A stretch of DNA of 64,000 nt from Aplysia californica (Eukaryota), in assembly GCF_000002075.1 (NCBI RefSeq), contig NW_004797656.1, positions 512,438 to 576,437 of the forward strand, read 5' to 3'. The notes beneath the pieces are model-generated. The model was not told the DNA's origin. It did not search any database and saw nothing but the letters and a program-made list of their open reading frames with translations. Both the position numbers and the translations under genes were made by a program. Each line of letters begins with the position of its first letter. Positions within the stretch are counted from its first letter, which is position 1. This document shows, one piece after another, positions 25,601 to 52,126 of this stretch.

Positions 25601-27511
25601 AAAAAAACGCTCGTCATAGATACCGCAGGAATCTTGACGGTCGCAAGATCAGAGATGGGATCTACAGCTGTCACTTGGCCTTCAAAAACTCTTCCATCTT
25701 GTAGCTTGACACTCACTGAAGACTTGTTTGCTACAACATGAGCATTTGTTAATATGATACCATTGCTCCTCACTACGAAGCCAGAGCCATTGGAGAGAGT
25801 CACAAGTTTCCCTGTGAGAGGATGCCTGAAATCCAAAAAGAGACAACAAATTTCACTAATTCAGCCAACTTTCGAGACAAAAACTGGACTTTACAAAGGC
25901 AGAACAATATTCTGATTTCAGCAGTGATGGACGCACACCAATCAGCACAATTCATTTTAAATGTGTTTTGGTTCTTTAGACATACAGTATAACACGGATC
26001 TCAAATTCACTGAGACTGGCCTCGGCAGTTTGAGGAATCCATAGTTTGAGGGATACGTGAACAGTGTTAATGCCATTGGCTGAGTCAGAAAAACAAGGGA
26101 AGCAAAAAAGATTGCTACTTTAGGGGCAAAACAATAGATTGTGTGATGCACAACCCTTCCTTTCCACACAAACGTAACTAGGCCAAGGGTCTCGGTCTCG
26201 GCACGCTTGTCGAGCAGCGCGCTAAAATTAGCACAGCTAGTTGCTTCTGAGGAGGAGGGAAGGTGATATTTTACCAACCATGCATTTTTCCAGGGGGGGG
26301 GGGTAATATTACTATTATTATTATTTTGTCTCAAAGTGCACCTCAAAGAACATTGTAGACTTCTGCTGCAACATAATTAGTTAGACTATTCCGTGTTTGT
26401 GATCAAGCTTCACGTAATTTTCTTACAAAGATAAAGAAGAAGAAAAAATGGGACCACAGGCACAGTTCGACGGATGTGTGATTTCGAGTCTTCTGTGTTC
26501 GACCTATCCGTGTTATACTGTAGTAGGTCTGTTATTATGTAGGCCCTAGAGCAAATCTTTCTCATTCTGGAACAATCAGCGTTTAGTAACATAAAACACC
26601 CAGTTCACATGGAAAGCAGCTATTCTTTAAGAAGGATGAGCCCACTGGTGGACAAATTGAACCCTTAATCCCCGTAAAACGCATGCTTCATTATTTATCC
26701 GTTCTTTAAATTTACTTCACAAAAAGTCAGATTTAACAAGAGAGACAGTACAATTACGAAGTTCCAGTCAGAAATTAAAAATTGCCTTGCAGTCAGCTCC
26801 CTAGTTCAGATCCTCCCCAAAATAAAAACATACTTTAATTAAGGGATGAAAGTCCCTGTCCACATCTACGAGCACATGAGATGATGATGGATCCGACCAT
26901 TTTCCCTTTTTTTTTTTTTTTGTGTATGGCGTGGTAGTGGGGTGGTGGCGGGGGGGGGGGGGGAGGATATCTTTTAATGCTCAATGATCAAACTTTACAA
27001 ACCTTCCTTTGATTTCTAAGAACACAACAGCTGGAGCAGCCTTTTCCACAACATCAGCAATAAAATTGTTTTTGTTTCGACTGTCAGCATGAACCACAGA
27101 ACTGAAAGCACCGGTGGGATGTAATTGCAAAGAGTCCAAGAACCAGTAAGCTCCAAAAGATACCACAGCTCCTACAGCACCAAACCATCCCAAATGCTGC
27201 ACACCCTTGAAAGAATTTTTATTACTTTTAATCTTCTGGAAAACAACATTTTTTTTACCAAGCCTAAGCTGGTTCACTTGTGAAGAGCAGTGAAAATGTC
27301 TCAAATGCACAATCAGTTTTGGGTATTGAACTTGACAAGTCAGTTTTTGCTTTTGCGTCACAAAAAAATGCCTGGTTATGACACTGCTATCACTCGGCTG
27401 ACAGGCTTCAACCGCTGACAGCAATCCACGACTGTCAAAAACAAGAGTCTTGGCATTATTCGGTTTGATCAACGGCCTGACTAATGACTGAGATATCACC
27501 CTCGCAAACAT
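19611..27511 (-). CDS. HTRA2: Serine protease HTRA2/Omi, mitochondrial, 7 coding exons, 462 aa
   Basis: Exons 27511-27003, 25825-25624, 24614-24420, 23155-23123, 22201-22087, 20667-20499 and 19776-19611 (1389 nt, GT..AG, phases consistent). Basic N-terminal presequence, TM segment ([17 protein letters not shown]), [15 protein letters not shown], triad motifs TNAHVV / SDLA / GNSGGPL, and a C-terminal PDZ domain. Confidence 0.95.
20995..21277. mobile_element. piggyBac-like MITE
   Basis: TTAA|ctctttaaacccc ... gggcttaaagag|TTAA. Confidence 0.7.
22566..22907 (+). mobile_element. tRNA-derived CORE-SINE with L2-like tail
   Basis: A box tggcctagtgg and B box ggttcgagcc. tgagtccttgggaaaggcgctttac..ttttcctcat..aaatggg resembles the MIR/CORE domain. 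Tail gcgctatacaaat..tattatt. Confidence 0.75.
23453..24380 (-). mobile_element. Tc1/pogo-type MITE (cagtggaactcggattcaacga family)
   Basis: Ends ...gttgaatccgagttccactg|TA. Reverse-complement homolog of 31544-32365. Confidence 0.7.
24848..25431. mobile_element. hAT-type MITE with 8-bp TSD
   Basis: TIR tagagctggatc / gacccagctgta. Perfect flanking direct repeat atacagtt (24840-24847 and 25432-25439). Confidence 0.8.
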
Positions 27512-28103
27512 AGTTGGTTTTGGTAATAATTACTGGACCGGTCCAGGGTGGTTATCACATTTCATGAAGGAAAGGGAAAAACAGCTGTTTTGTTATGATA
27601 TCAAATTGAGGTCCATGGAGGCATCATGACCAAAACAAGAGCAACAACATTTATTGCAAATTCTTGGAAGAAACTGTGCTGTGGCCCTGTGGTGAGCTGT
27701 GACTCTGTGACCTCTCGTGAACCCTTTGGAACTGACACAAAATTTGCTTGACACCGGAATCGGATACCCGTCGTAGAAATCGGCATTATTTCGTTGCTAA
27801 TATTATTTTCATCATCATCATCGACATTGTTACAGCTGTTATTTGTAATACTGGCTGTGTTTTAATACATGAGGGCCTACAGGTCCATGATGTCGTCACT
27901 CGTTGTCCATCATTGCCACTGCGCATTTCTACAGCCCAAGTTCTTGTTGTATTACTATCGCTAGCTAGTGCCGTTAATCATTCACTTGGTGTGAATATTG
28001 ATTTCTTTTAAATGCATGCTATGCCGGACACAGTGACGATATGAGGCATGCCACTTTCATTTAGCCTATCCTATCGTGAGTCTCGGGATCTACACATTTC
28101 CAA

Positions 28104-28603
28104 GGGGCTCTCGTGGCCAAGGGGTTTGTCTCTAATTCAAAGGTCCCGGGTTTGCATCTGGAGAGTGACGGATAATTTTCTTCTCTAAAATTGTCTCCTT
28201 TCACCTCCTTTCCTGTTCTCTAGCAATGTTCTGTCGTCTGCTTTCGTCTCCACTTTTTGCCCTCACCCCCTTTGCCCCCTCCTCTGGGCTTCTGACTTTT
28301 TTTGCAACCTTATCCACTACATGTAGTTTGCTACTCCTTGGCTCCTTCTTAATTACTGTTGTCTTTCAGCCACACCCTTGAACTTGTGATAGGAAAGATA
28401 TACATCTAGTCTTCTCGGAAAAGTTGGGCACGTTAAAGATCCATTGGTGGTCTGAAATCGATAAGAGTAGGCTTCGGCTGCAACCCAGGCAAAATTTAAA
28501 AATTTCCTTCCAACTGAAATTGTTTATTGTATCCCGCTCGCTCATATGACATTATGCAGTTGAGAGCGTCATAAAACACTTACCAAAAAACAAACAAACA
28601 AAC
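28104..28603 (+). mobile_element. tRNA-derived Nin/Deu-like SINE (older, internally deleted copy)
   Basis: Collinear with the 38-585 and 38654-39187 copies; (aaac)n tail. Confidence 0.8.
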
Positions 28604-29088
28604 AATTATCCAGTTGCCCCTCCCCTTTACAAGTCCAAAATTTATAGCTTTTCATCTCTGGGCACGTTCCCCCGCCTTTGCCGTGTACGCACCACACCAC
28701 TTAAAATTTAGTGTGTCTTGCAAATTCGGGAGTAGGCCCTATAGAGACAACATGGTCAGGGTCGAAGAGTTCACAGTTCCAGTTCGATGTGATCCCGCCT
28801 GGGGCGAAAGTGATGTAAGCGTAGGTGGAGAGCTCAGATTTGAGTAGTTGGTGTGAGCCCGTCTGGGCATACATTGTAATTTGTATGTACCTACCGTTTC
28901 ATCGAGTTCTACAACGCTTTTATGGGATCATATCTAATCTTTGACCCGACGGACAGTTCAATGATCTCAACCTTTCACACTTGGTTGATTGGCTGTGCCT
29001 GCCGGGTTTTTGTTTCGTAAATTAAATTATTATCTGAAAGGCGGGAACAATGCAGACAAATATAGTCTCCCCTCCCTCCCTCTTCTTT

Positions 29089-29089
<1 letters not shown>

Positions 29090-29163
<74 letters not shown>
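29090..29163. repeat. (CA)n microsatellite
   Basis: Direct inspection. Confidence 0.95.
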
Positions 29164-29164
<1 letters not shown>

Positions 29165-29599
29165 CCGTGTTGCTGTCATAGTGTCACTGTTTGCCCACTT
29201 GAATAATAATAATATAAGTTTTTGGCTGGTTAACAGTCGACGATATATCTTGCGTGCTGTATACACCTGGTGTTCAGTGGGTGGAGATCGGACAATAAAT
29301 AATAGAACAAACACCTCTGTATTGTGTCAGAGAGTTAGTTTAAACTGGAATGTATTTTTTTCCTTCAATGTGTGGCACTGAACCCTGTAAAATACGCATT
29401 GAAAACTCGCGTTAAGTTCTTTATTGTCACATAAGCTCGCTGTCAAGGGAATGTGAACACACCAACCAGCTGAATCTCATTCTGTTGCAAATGGAAAGCA
29501 AAAACTAGACGCACAGGTCAACCAGAACGCCATCGACAAAGTTGCTCAACAGAAAATATGAATGGTCAAAATCATGTAGTATGATGCAGAGAGTACACA

Positions 29600-30397
29600 A
29601 CAGTGAAGGCAACATTGGGCAGAGAATGTCGCAACTGGCCACTTGGAGCTACAAATGCTCAAATTGAAACCCTGATAGAAGTATTAGAAGAGCATAGTGA
29701 ACATGGAGTATGGAGATGCTGTGATCTTCTCTGATGGATCAGTCAACAGAGGAGTCAAATCGGGCTGGACCTTCAGTATCAGAGTTGATGGGGTAGTAGT
29801 TAGGCCTATGTAGTGACAAAGCAAAGTGGAGCAACTGCACTGACAACATCAAGTACATGTATTGTGTATGGAGATAAAAACCATAAGTGAAGCTCTACAT
29901 TGGATCAAGAACACAAGCCATCAGCGAGCAGTAATCATTACTGACTCAATGAGCACACTACATAAGGATGCTGTGTGCGGACTGGAAGACTACGATCAGG
30001 GAGAGCAGCCTGGAAAGAGTGGCCTGGATCTTCTGCCCGGGCCACGCGGGGGTAACCGGCAACGAGAGAGCAGACAGGCTAGCTGGAGAAGCAAAAGTGG
30101 GAGGGAATTTGACACTGGACCCTCCAACCGTCCTAACCGTCGTAAGGGAAAGATTGAGGAAGAATAGGGCGGATAGCGGTTCCCACACTCTAGGTAGATT
30201 GAAGGAGAAGGGGATCCAAAGAGGAGAGGGGAAACACAGCCATCTGTGCGGACCAGTCCGACGGATCTCCAACCAGATTATGATGGAGATTACAAGCAGA
30301 CAGACTCTGGGATGGATCCTGAGAAGGGGGGGGGGAGCAGAGATGGACATGTTCGACTGCGGGGTCCCCAACACGGTGGACAAGTAAGACAAGTAAG
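29600..30397 (+). mobile_element. Non-LTR retrotransposon (LINE) 3' fragment with RNase H domain
   Basis: VIFSDGSV, AVIITDSMS and WIFCPGHAGVTGNERADRLA are RNase H motifs of I/Nimb-like LINEs. Frameshifted. Ends in a short tandem tail gacaagtaagacaagtaag. Confidence 0.8.
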
Positions 30398-31543
30398 GCC
30401 TACAATACAGACGTAGATAAATCCTTTTTCCTGATTTCAAGCGTCGTATTGGCACAACACGTTTATGATACTTTTGAATCTAGATATATACAATAAGGTG
30501 ATTAAAAAAAAAAAACACCGTTTTTTCTAAACGTCTCGCACAAAATTTGTACCAGAATGTTGTAATTTGATCCAGATTTAATTCATTCAAAAGGGATTTG
30601 TTTAAATTTAACATAAAAGTCACAAAGAAGAAACTCATTTTCGAAAACGAAAATGGCTTTTTATAAAAACCGCCTTAATATGCAAAATACACCAATTTAA
30701 AAGATCTTGTAAGGAAAGTCATGAAATGATTGGGTTGTATTTTTCCTTTCCTTTTATGTTTGAAGTCTAATCTTTCCATCACTGTAACCTTTATTAAACA
30801 ATATTTCTTTTCTCCAACAGAGTTAAAAATCAATTAGTTTTTAATTCTGAAATTCCGAGAATCAATGGTCTATAATAATTAAGTACATGTATAATTTATG
30901 TCCTCCTTTGGACTCGACAAATTTTAACACGTCGTTCGTAATGTATAGAGGTGCCCGAGGGCCAAACACAAGGATCCACTAAACAATGAGTAGGAGTACT
31001 CACAGCCACACACACCTCACAGTATGAGGGGCTGCTTCTTGAGACTATATGGGTGAGGGCGAGGTTACCCAAATAGAGGAAATGTTCACACAGTTCAAGA
31101 TTTTGAGTTACGTCGCGCTGCCATTGGAAATATGGGCCTGACCCTCCACTTACCGGTATGTCTCATTGAGAAATATCCTAATTTGTAGAGCAGATATGTA
31201 TTCCTGCCTTAGACACAAGATGCAGAATGGGTATAGGCGTCCATTTGGGCGAAGATACAAAAATTAATAATTTTTACAGAGATATGCCGGTCTGCCCTGG
31301 CACGGCAGAACTATTGTGGATTTATCTAAAATGAATATCAGGCAAATTCCTTTTGACTTCCAAATGTTGCGTACATACAAATTTGAAACGCCAAACTTCA
31401 GTGTGGAGGAAAAAGTTGTACAGGTTTGTTTGTTTGTAGTTGTTTTTTTGTTGTTTTTTTTTGGGGGGGGGGTTGGATCACCCTGTATATTTTCTCGTTG
31501 TCTTTTCATCCATGCGTGTTTGACTGGCATTTCTCAGTCATTA

Positions 31544-32365
31544 CAGTGGAACTCGGATTCAACGAGGTCGCCGGGCCAGACCTAAAATCTCGTTGAATCC
31601 GAGTGTTTGTTATAGCAAACATGAGGTTTTGTGTAGATAATTACAGGCACTGAGCAAATAATGTGCAAAGAGAAGTCACAAGTAGTGCCTGAAATGCCTG
31701 CATATTATTATGAGCTGTGTAAAAAAAAATGACCGATTCGTTCAAATGCACGCCTGTGTCATCTTGAATCTTGATTGTTTACCAAAAAGTTGTGTTGCTG
31801 TGTAGAGCCTAGCATACGACAACTTTTGATTCCATAGACAAGCACACAATTCATCAAGTAGATTTACGTCAAGACTAGCTTATCATTGTAATAATGATCA
31901 GTTGCCAAGGGGGGAAAAAGACTGACGCGTTTGTATCTGCAACGTTCAAGTTCAACGCCGGGACCGCTATTGCCCCCCCCCCCTCCCCGACACGCATGCA
32001 GGCCGCCCATCCGACCCCGACACACGCCAGGGTAGACACTTGCTCGTGCCCACAACGCATGTGTTGGTACAACTGTATGAAAAAAGGCCGCTGACTGGTC
32101 GTTTGCAATCGGCTAAGTGAATAATGGTTCACGATGAAGCTGCAATGGATGGTTTCCGGGAATCCAGGAATAGATCAAGTTCGTTCGGGGAGAAAAATTA
32201 GCGATGCCACGTCTGCAGGGGCTGTTCACCCTGGAAGCGACCTCGTTGAATCCGAGCTCGCTAATATAAGTGCATGTTGAATCCGGGCTATTTTTATTTT
32301 ATTGATTTTAAAGAAGAAAAAAAAAACGGGGAATCTATCTCATCTCGTTGAATGAGCCCATCACA
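31544..32365 (+). mobile_element. Tc1/pogo-type MITE, second copy
   Basis: TA|cagtggaactcggattcaacga start; homologous to 23453-24380. Confidence 0.7.
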
Positions 32366-34561
32366 AGCACATACAGTCCACACGACCTAGTGGGCGACTC
32401 CCTGAGCCTGAAGGCAAAGGGAACGGTCTGAGGTAAAGCCATACTGGCTTTTCCTTTTTCCTCTTGTACTGCGAGTGTGAGTCTTTTGCACGTCTTGTGT
32501 TCCCATCCCTTAAAAGAACCGCGCCTTACATGTTTTGTGCCTTTGATCAATGTTTTTCAATAAAATCCACACAAAAAATGTGTTTGTTTTAGTAGGTTTT
32601 TATGGCGCTCGCAACTGCATAAGATCATATGAGTATGAGCGCCAAGGGGTGGATGTCAACAGAGAAGTCTTTACAGGGAATCAGGCTTACTCTGCTCACC
32701 TCTCTGGCTTCAACAGCACAAAGTCTGCTTCGACTATCAAGGCACCCCGGAAATGGTGGGTCACAAGATCACATGAGTGTGACAAACATACAAAAGAAGT
32801 AGAGGAAAAATGATGATAGTAATAGTAAGGATTAGGAAAGAAAAAGCAGCAGTACCACAGTTATGAGCAAAGCGTTGAATCAGCCCATTTACAATTCTAC
32901 TGTGCATAAGAACAAGCTAATGTCCCCCTTTTGGGAATGGCCTAAAGACACTTCAGTCTTTAAATGAAAACAGGTGTTGAACCAAAAAGAAATGATTAGA
33001 ATTTATATGCCCAATTGGCGGAAAAAATTCTCAATTCTTCGATTTCATTAATTTGATGAACACACGATGCCATAAATATAACACAATCTGACTGGTCCTC
33101 CTTGTGTCCTTTGAACAGTTCAAAAGTACAGAGAATACTGAAGGGTTGTGGACCTCAAGGAAAAAAGCAGTTTCGTTTCGTTGTTGCCAGACTACATACT
33201 CATTTCTTGGACTCCTTGTCACAGTCACACTTTTCTTTTCCACTGAACCAAGCCATTACCAGGAGACAAATTACAGAGAAGGTTTCGCTTCTATTCTTTA
33301 CATAAAATCTATTCAAATGGGACGTTTTAAAGGTGAAATGTCCCAAGAAAATAGCTTTCAATGAGAAGGACATCATAATTGTGATGAAGCAAAATCCATC
33401 TATTGAATGTACCTATTGACCTGGACGAGTTAAAAATGCATATTGGCCCTACATGTCCAATAGGTTCACAATGAAATGAAAAGCTATTCAAAAGTTGTAG
33501 CCTTTGAACTAATATGGGGTCTAAAGTCTAAGGAATTCGTAGAGCATGGGTTTAGAAATAACCTAATAAAGATTTGAACTCGGTTGAAAGAATTATGACT
33601 TACACTGCACTCTGTGAGTTGTCTAGAGCATTATATCCAGCACCTCGAACAGATCAATAACTTTTCGAGCCATAACAGGCTATTTCACATAGTTGTCATC
33701 AAATATTCAAGAGAACTATCAAAAGTTTCACTCCATATAATTATAACTGTATGTTTACCCCCCAAGCAGGGAAAGAGTGTAAAACCCACCCAGAAGAGAG
33801 GTATCACTGAAAAACATTCAGTAATGAAGAAGCTGCCCCCCCCNNNNNNNNNNNNNNNNNNNNNNNNNNNNNNNNNNNNNNNNNNNNNNNNNNNNNNNNN
33901 NNNNNNNNNNNNNNNNNNNNNNNNNNNNNNNNNNNNNNNNNNNAAAATACTCATTAAAAAATGTGTCGCTTTGGCCACAAACGTGGTCAGGGACCTTCCA
34001 CTACTTCCAGTCCTTTGTCAGAAGCAGCTGGATGGCTCGGCCATTTTCAAGTTAATTGTAGGCCTTCTCAGGGGTTTGTTAACTTTGGTCTAGTTCCCAG
34101 ACACGATTTTAATGATCATCATCATGCCCACATTCTTCTCTTTAGGATCAACACACCAGGTAAACACTTAAAAGTAAATTCATACAGCATAAGAGAAAGA
34201 GAAAAACGCTTCTGTTACACAAAAGAAATATTTAATCAATTTTCATATCCGGCATTCACACAACTGACACCCAATCTACACAGTTGGCATAATACATTCT
34301 GTTTATGCAACCGATAGAATTTTTTTTCTTCACGGGAAAACAAGTGTGAAAATTCACATCAACATGTCACAAAACTAGGAAAATTCAAACTACCTACTTT
34401 CCCTTCTATTCATACCAGGCTGATTTCTTTCAAACCAGGGGAGTGAAAAAAAAGTCTTTATGCCGTACTTTATCACAAGACCTATGCATGAACATTTCTT
34501 CCCTCATATCCGCTTTTGGTCAGACTTCTCTATCAACACAAATATTTATAAAGTACTAAGT

Positions 34562-48482
<13,921 letters not shown>

Positions 48483-48577
48483 CTGAAACAAAAATTTTAA
48501 TTAAAAACTTTTGACAACTGCCCTTTCAATATAAACACTGAAATTTTAGTCATAGATTTTCAACATCACTTGTGAGA

Positions 48578-49048
48578 TGAATACCAGTCATTTCGTCACA
48601 CCGGTGCAGTCAAGTCGTCACAGTCATCCCATGACACACCAAATCCACATGGTTGAATGGAGACGGTCATTTCGTAGCACACGTGCAAACATCAAACGCG
48701 TATTGTCACAGCAATCCCAAATCCCGATTTTTGAGGGAAGGTTGGGGCTGTTTGAGTCTACCTGATCAGCTACATCGTTTATAAAATGTATTGGCAATAT
48801 TGGAATCTACCGAGTCAGATCAACAAAGTTTTTAGGTATGATTATTGATGAAATGTGTGATTGGTAAGATCATATTAGTTCTGTTTAAAATAAATTAACT
48901 AATAGAAATGTATGGCTGCTTTAGGCTGATCCTCCAAACCTCTACTAGATCTAGCACAACAATTTTGGAGAGATAATATAAGCGAAGTCATTTCGTCACA
49001 CATAATTGGGGAGTGACAAGATGACCGTGTGACGAAATGACCGATACC
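48578..49048. mobile_element. MITE with gtcatttcgtcacac motifs
   Basis: cagtcatttcgtcacaccggt at the left is inverted as accgtgtgacgaaatgaccg at the right, with internal copies of the motif. Confidence 0.55.
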
Positions 49049-49569
49049 TGTTAGATTTAGATATATATATATGGCAACAGAAGTTAAGCAATTAATCTAA
49101 AGAAACCCATACCCAATTTGAAGCCATAACAAAGGTGATTTTTATAAGTAAAATTAAGCAAAAGGTAGCCTATATTATTGTACTATAGCCATAGTCATAC
49201 TTGACGTAACTTGAAGGGAATGTTTCCAACCACTGAAATGTTGCACATCAATGATATCAGGACAGCAAGATGAAAGAAGACAAGACAAAATCCCTTTCAG
49301 AATAAACAGTAAACAGAACAGATGAGACAAGGACATTAGAGGTTGAAGTAAAATGCTAGGAACAGACACATCAATTTAAAAAGAATTCTAGAAAGAGCAT
49401 ACAAATTTGAAATTAGAATATCTTACTTAGGCCTAGATCTATAACCTACAGCAGTGGCCTCTTCTCCGTCACTGCTTCACTTCATTGGCTTTTCAATTAA
49501 ATTCATTTTAACGGTGTTAACCAGTCTTGAAACAGGTAGGCCCTAGGTTTTGGGGGCAAAAATATTAGC

Positions 49570-50335
49570 GTAATTAACAAAACGCCGGCTCTATTTCTCC
49601 AAACGTTCGGGAAAATAAACTTGAACTTTATTTCTCCGAACGGTTTCCGAAATTTGTTGATAATAAGCGAATGGAGTGGCATGTGTGTGTGTGTGTGTGT
49701 AAGGTGTGAAGGGGGGGGGGGATTTTTTTTTACATGAAAGATTTTAGTTTTTACTTGGTGACTAGATCTAAATGTAAAATAGGTTACTGCCAAGGTCGAG
49801 CAGTCTTGTTTTCTCACAGTGTCTTTTGAGGGTATTTTCAAATGAAGTATAGTCCGGGAATGTTACCCTAACCACAACTGAAGTATTTGAATATTCAGAC
49901 ATTAAAAAATCTCTCGGTAAGATTGTACTTTACCGGACCATCGGTCGGAACTACTTTCGCTATGGCACCCCTGGTGCCTAGTGGCCCGCTATTCTTCGTT
50001 TCCGAGCTCCCCTACTCAGTTTTCTACATCCTCACTCTTCAACTGACGTCTCTTACCGGGTTTTTCAGTCATCACGACCGTGCCACCGTGCCCTTTGACC
50101 CATGACCCTGACATCTTGAGGCTAATAATTGGTCAATCTTATCACGTGGTCCACTATTGTTATTTGCTCGCAACTCTGCTGGGTGGCCTAGGCCTCCCAG
50201 TCCTCACAGAATGAAAAGATAACGCCTAAATCTCGCAAATAACCAACAATCTCGAGCTCAGAAACCGTTAGGGGAAATAGAGTTCAACTTTATTTTCCCG
50301 CCCGAGTGTTAGGAGAAATAGTCACTTCGTTAACA
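49570..50335. mobile_element. MITE with ~65-bp imperfect TIRs
   Basis: ctatttctccaaacgttcgggaaaataaacttgaactttatttctccgaacggtttc is the reverse complement of about 50260-50322. Confidence 0.65.
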
Positions 50336-50744
50336 AAAAAGTCTCTGTAAAGAATATTGGGTAGGCCTACGAATATACATGCGATTAAAATTAGAAATGA
50401 CGCATCTAATTTTAGTAACATGATGTCATCTGGGATGGTATCCATCTGGGATACCGGAAGTTTAGATTTCTATTTTTAAGAAGGCCATGGAGGTACCGCA
50501 TAGAATGACGTATTTCCGGTTCGTTAATAACATTTAGGAATTCCAGTATTGACACCGCACGAATGTCAACAATTTCCTTCATCGAGACATTGACGGGTTT
50601 GAGCTTCCTAATTTTCCGGTTCAAGGCGTCTATTGAGTTCATTCTTTGATCTACCGTATTAAAGAGGCTATTCAAGCACCAAGTAATGCTGAAAAATGAG
50701 AATCAGCAGCATTCTAGGCTTAGAGGTGAGTGTTATTGCTGTCT

Positions 50745-51105
50745 ATTCCTTGTTCTAGATTTAGACTTCACTCTCGTATCTAGCTAGATTTCTATATATA
50801 TCTCTAGATCTAGATCTATATCTAGATCTAGAATCTAGTCTAAATATCTAGATCTAGATATCTAGAAATCTAGATCTATATCTAGATCTAGATCTAGATC
50901 TAGATTCTTGATTTAGTATTGTTTGAAACGCCCTAAATCTCTATATAATATATATATATATATATATATATCTAGATCTAGATCTAGCTTAAGAATCTAT
51001 TATTTAATTTGGATACCAATAAAAGTTTTGCAGCACAATTACACTTTAATCTCCTCGATCTAGATTAGATCTAGATTCTAGATATCTAGATCTAGAATCT
51101 AGATT
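50745..51105. repeat. (TAGATC)n palindromic low-complexity array with (TA)n
   Basis: Direct inspection. Smaller arrays at about 6070-6100, 43505-43535 and 43880-43917. Confidence 0.9.
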
Positions 51106-52094
51106 ATTTTCTTCATCCATGAAGATAATGTTGGTTATTTTTTTAAAAATATATAGAGATATCTATCATTCAGAAAAGGAGATATTGCGAACAGATTTTC
51201 TGCGTCATCTCTCATCCATTATCCATCCATATGCTGTTCCTGGAAACCTAGTCTAGCACAATTATAAATAATACATACTTGAAGTTGAATATATTATAAT
51301 GTTGAGCAGATACTTCCAGTATAATAATATGCTGTTACTTCTAATACTATAGTAATTCATTTTAAATTTAACCACAGGTAGATCACCTACACATACAACA
51401 GAAATGCCTGAAAAGTGCAAACAGGAGCAGGTGCTTTCCTTTTCTCCTATCTGAAGCCGAGTGGTGTTCTGTATAATTCCTGTATTGATATGTCATCCGA
51501 CGAGACATAATCCCACAATATGGTAATTATGACTATTCATCATCATCACCTTCATCATTATCATCATTATAATGAATTTCATGTCTTCCATTTTCTTATA
51601 AAGTTTGTTGGTCCTTGTTGGCATTACTTTAGCTTAGTACGGTACATCATATTATCATGATTATGTGTATATATATATAGGCTTACTTATTATAATCTTA
51701 TTATAATGGAGCTAAGCCTGTTTGTGGTCATATTCTTAAAGTTCGGAAACTTCCTTTTGATTTTTCAGGTTTGATGTATTTTACTACAAATCTAAGCTTT
51801 CACATGCTTTTACTTCATTTGCCAACTTACTTCCATAGTTCCGTTCTGGTACCTTTGCTTGGTACCTTTCAAGGCCAGCTATTGAACAGTGCTCAGTGAT
51901 GCATCCGTAATGTGTAGAGGAATTCTTGTTCACAGATTAAGATAGAAGATTGAAGCAGAAAGAAGAATGAGAAAGAAAAGAAGATGGGACAAAAAAGGAA
52001 TGAGCAAGAGAGAGGAAGAAGGAGGGGGGGGGGAGGAGCGGAGAGGATTGGGGGGGGGGGGGGGTGAGAGAAAGTGAGGTGAGAAGGGGGCAGG

Positions 52095-52126
<32 letters not shown>

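Noticed and set aside
27601-27786. Possible upstream ORF of HTRA2
   Set aside because: Transcription start unknown and no conservation evidence.
50412-50675. 87-aa minus-strand ORF as a small gene or ATP5F1A exon 1
   Set aside because: No recognisable homology or presequence character, and the related copy at about 6340 is frameshifted in this frame.
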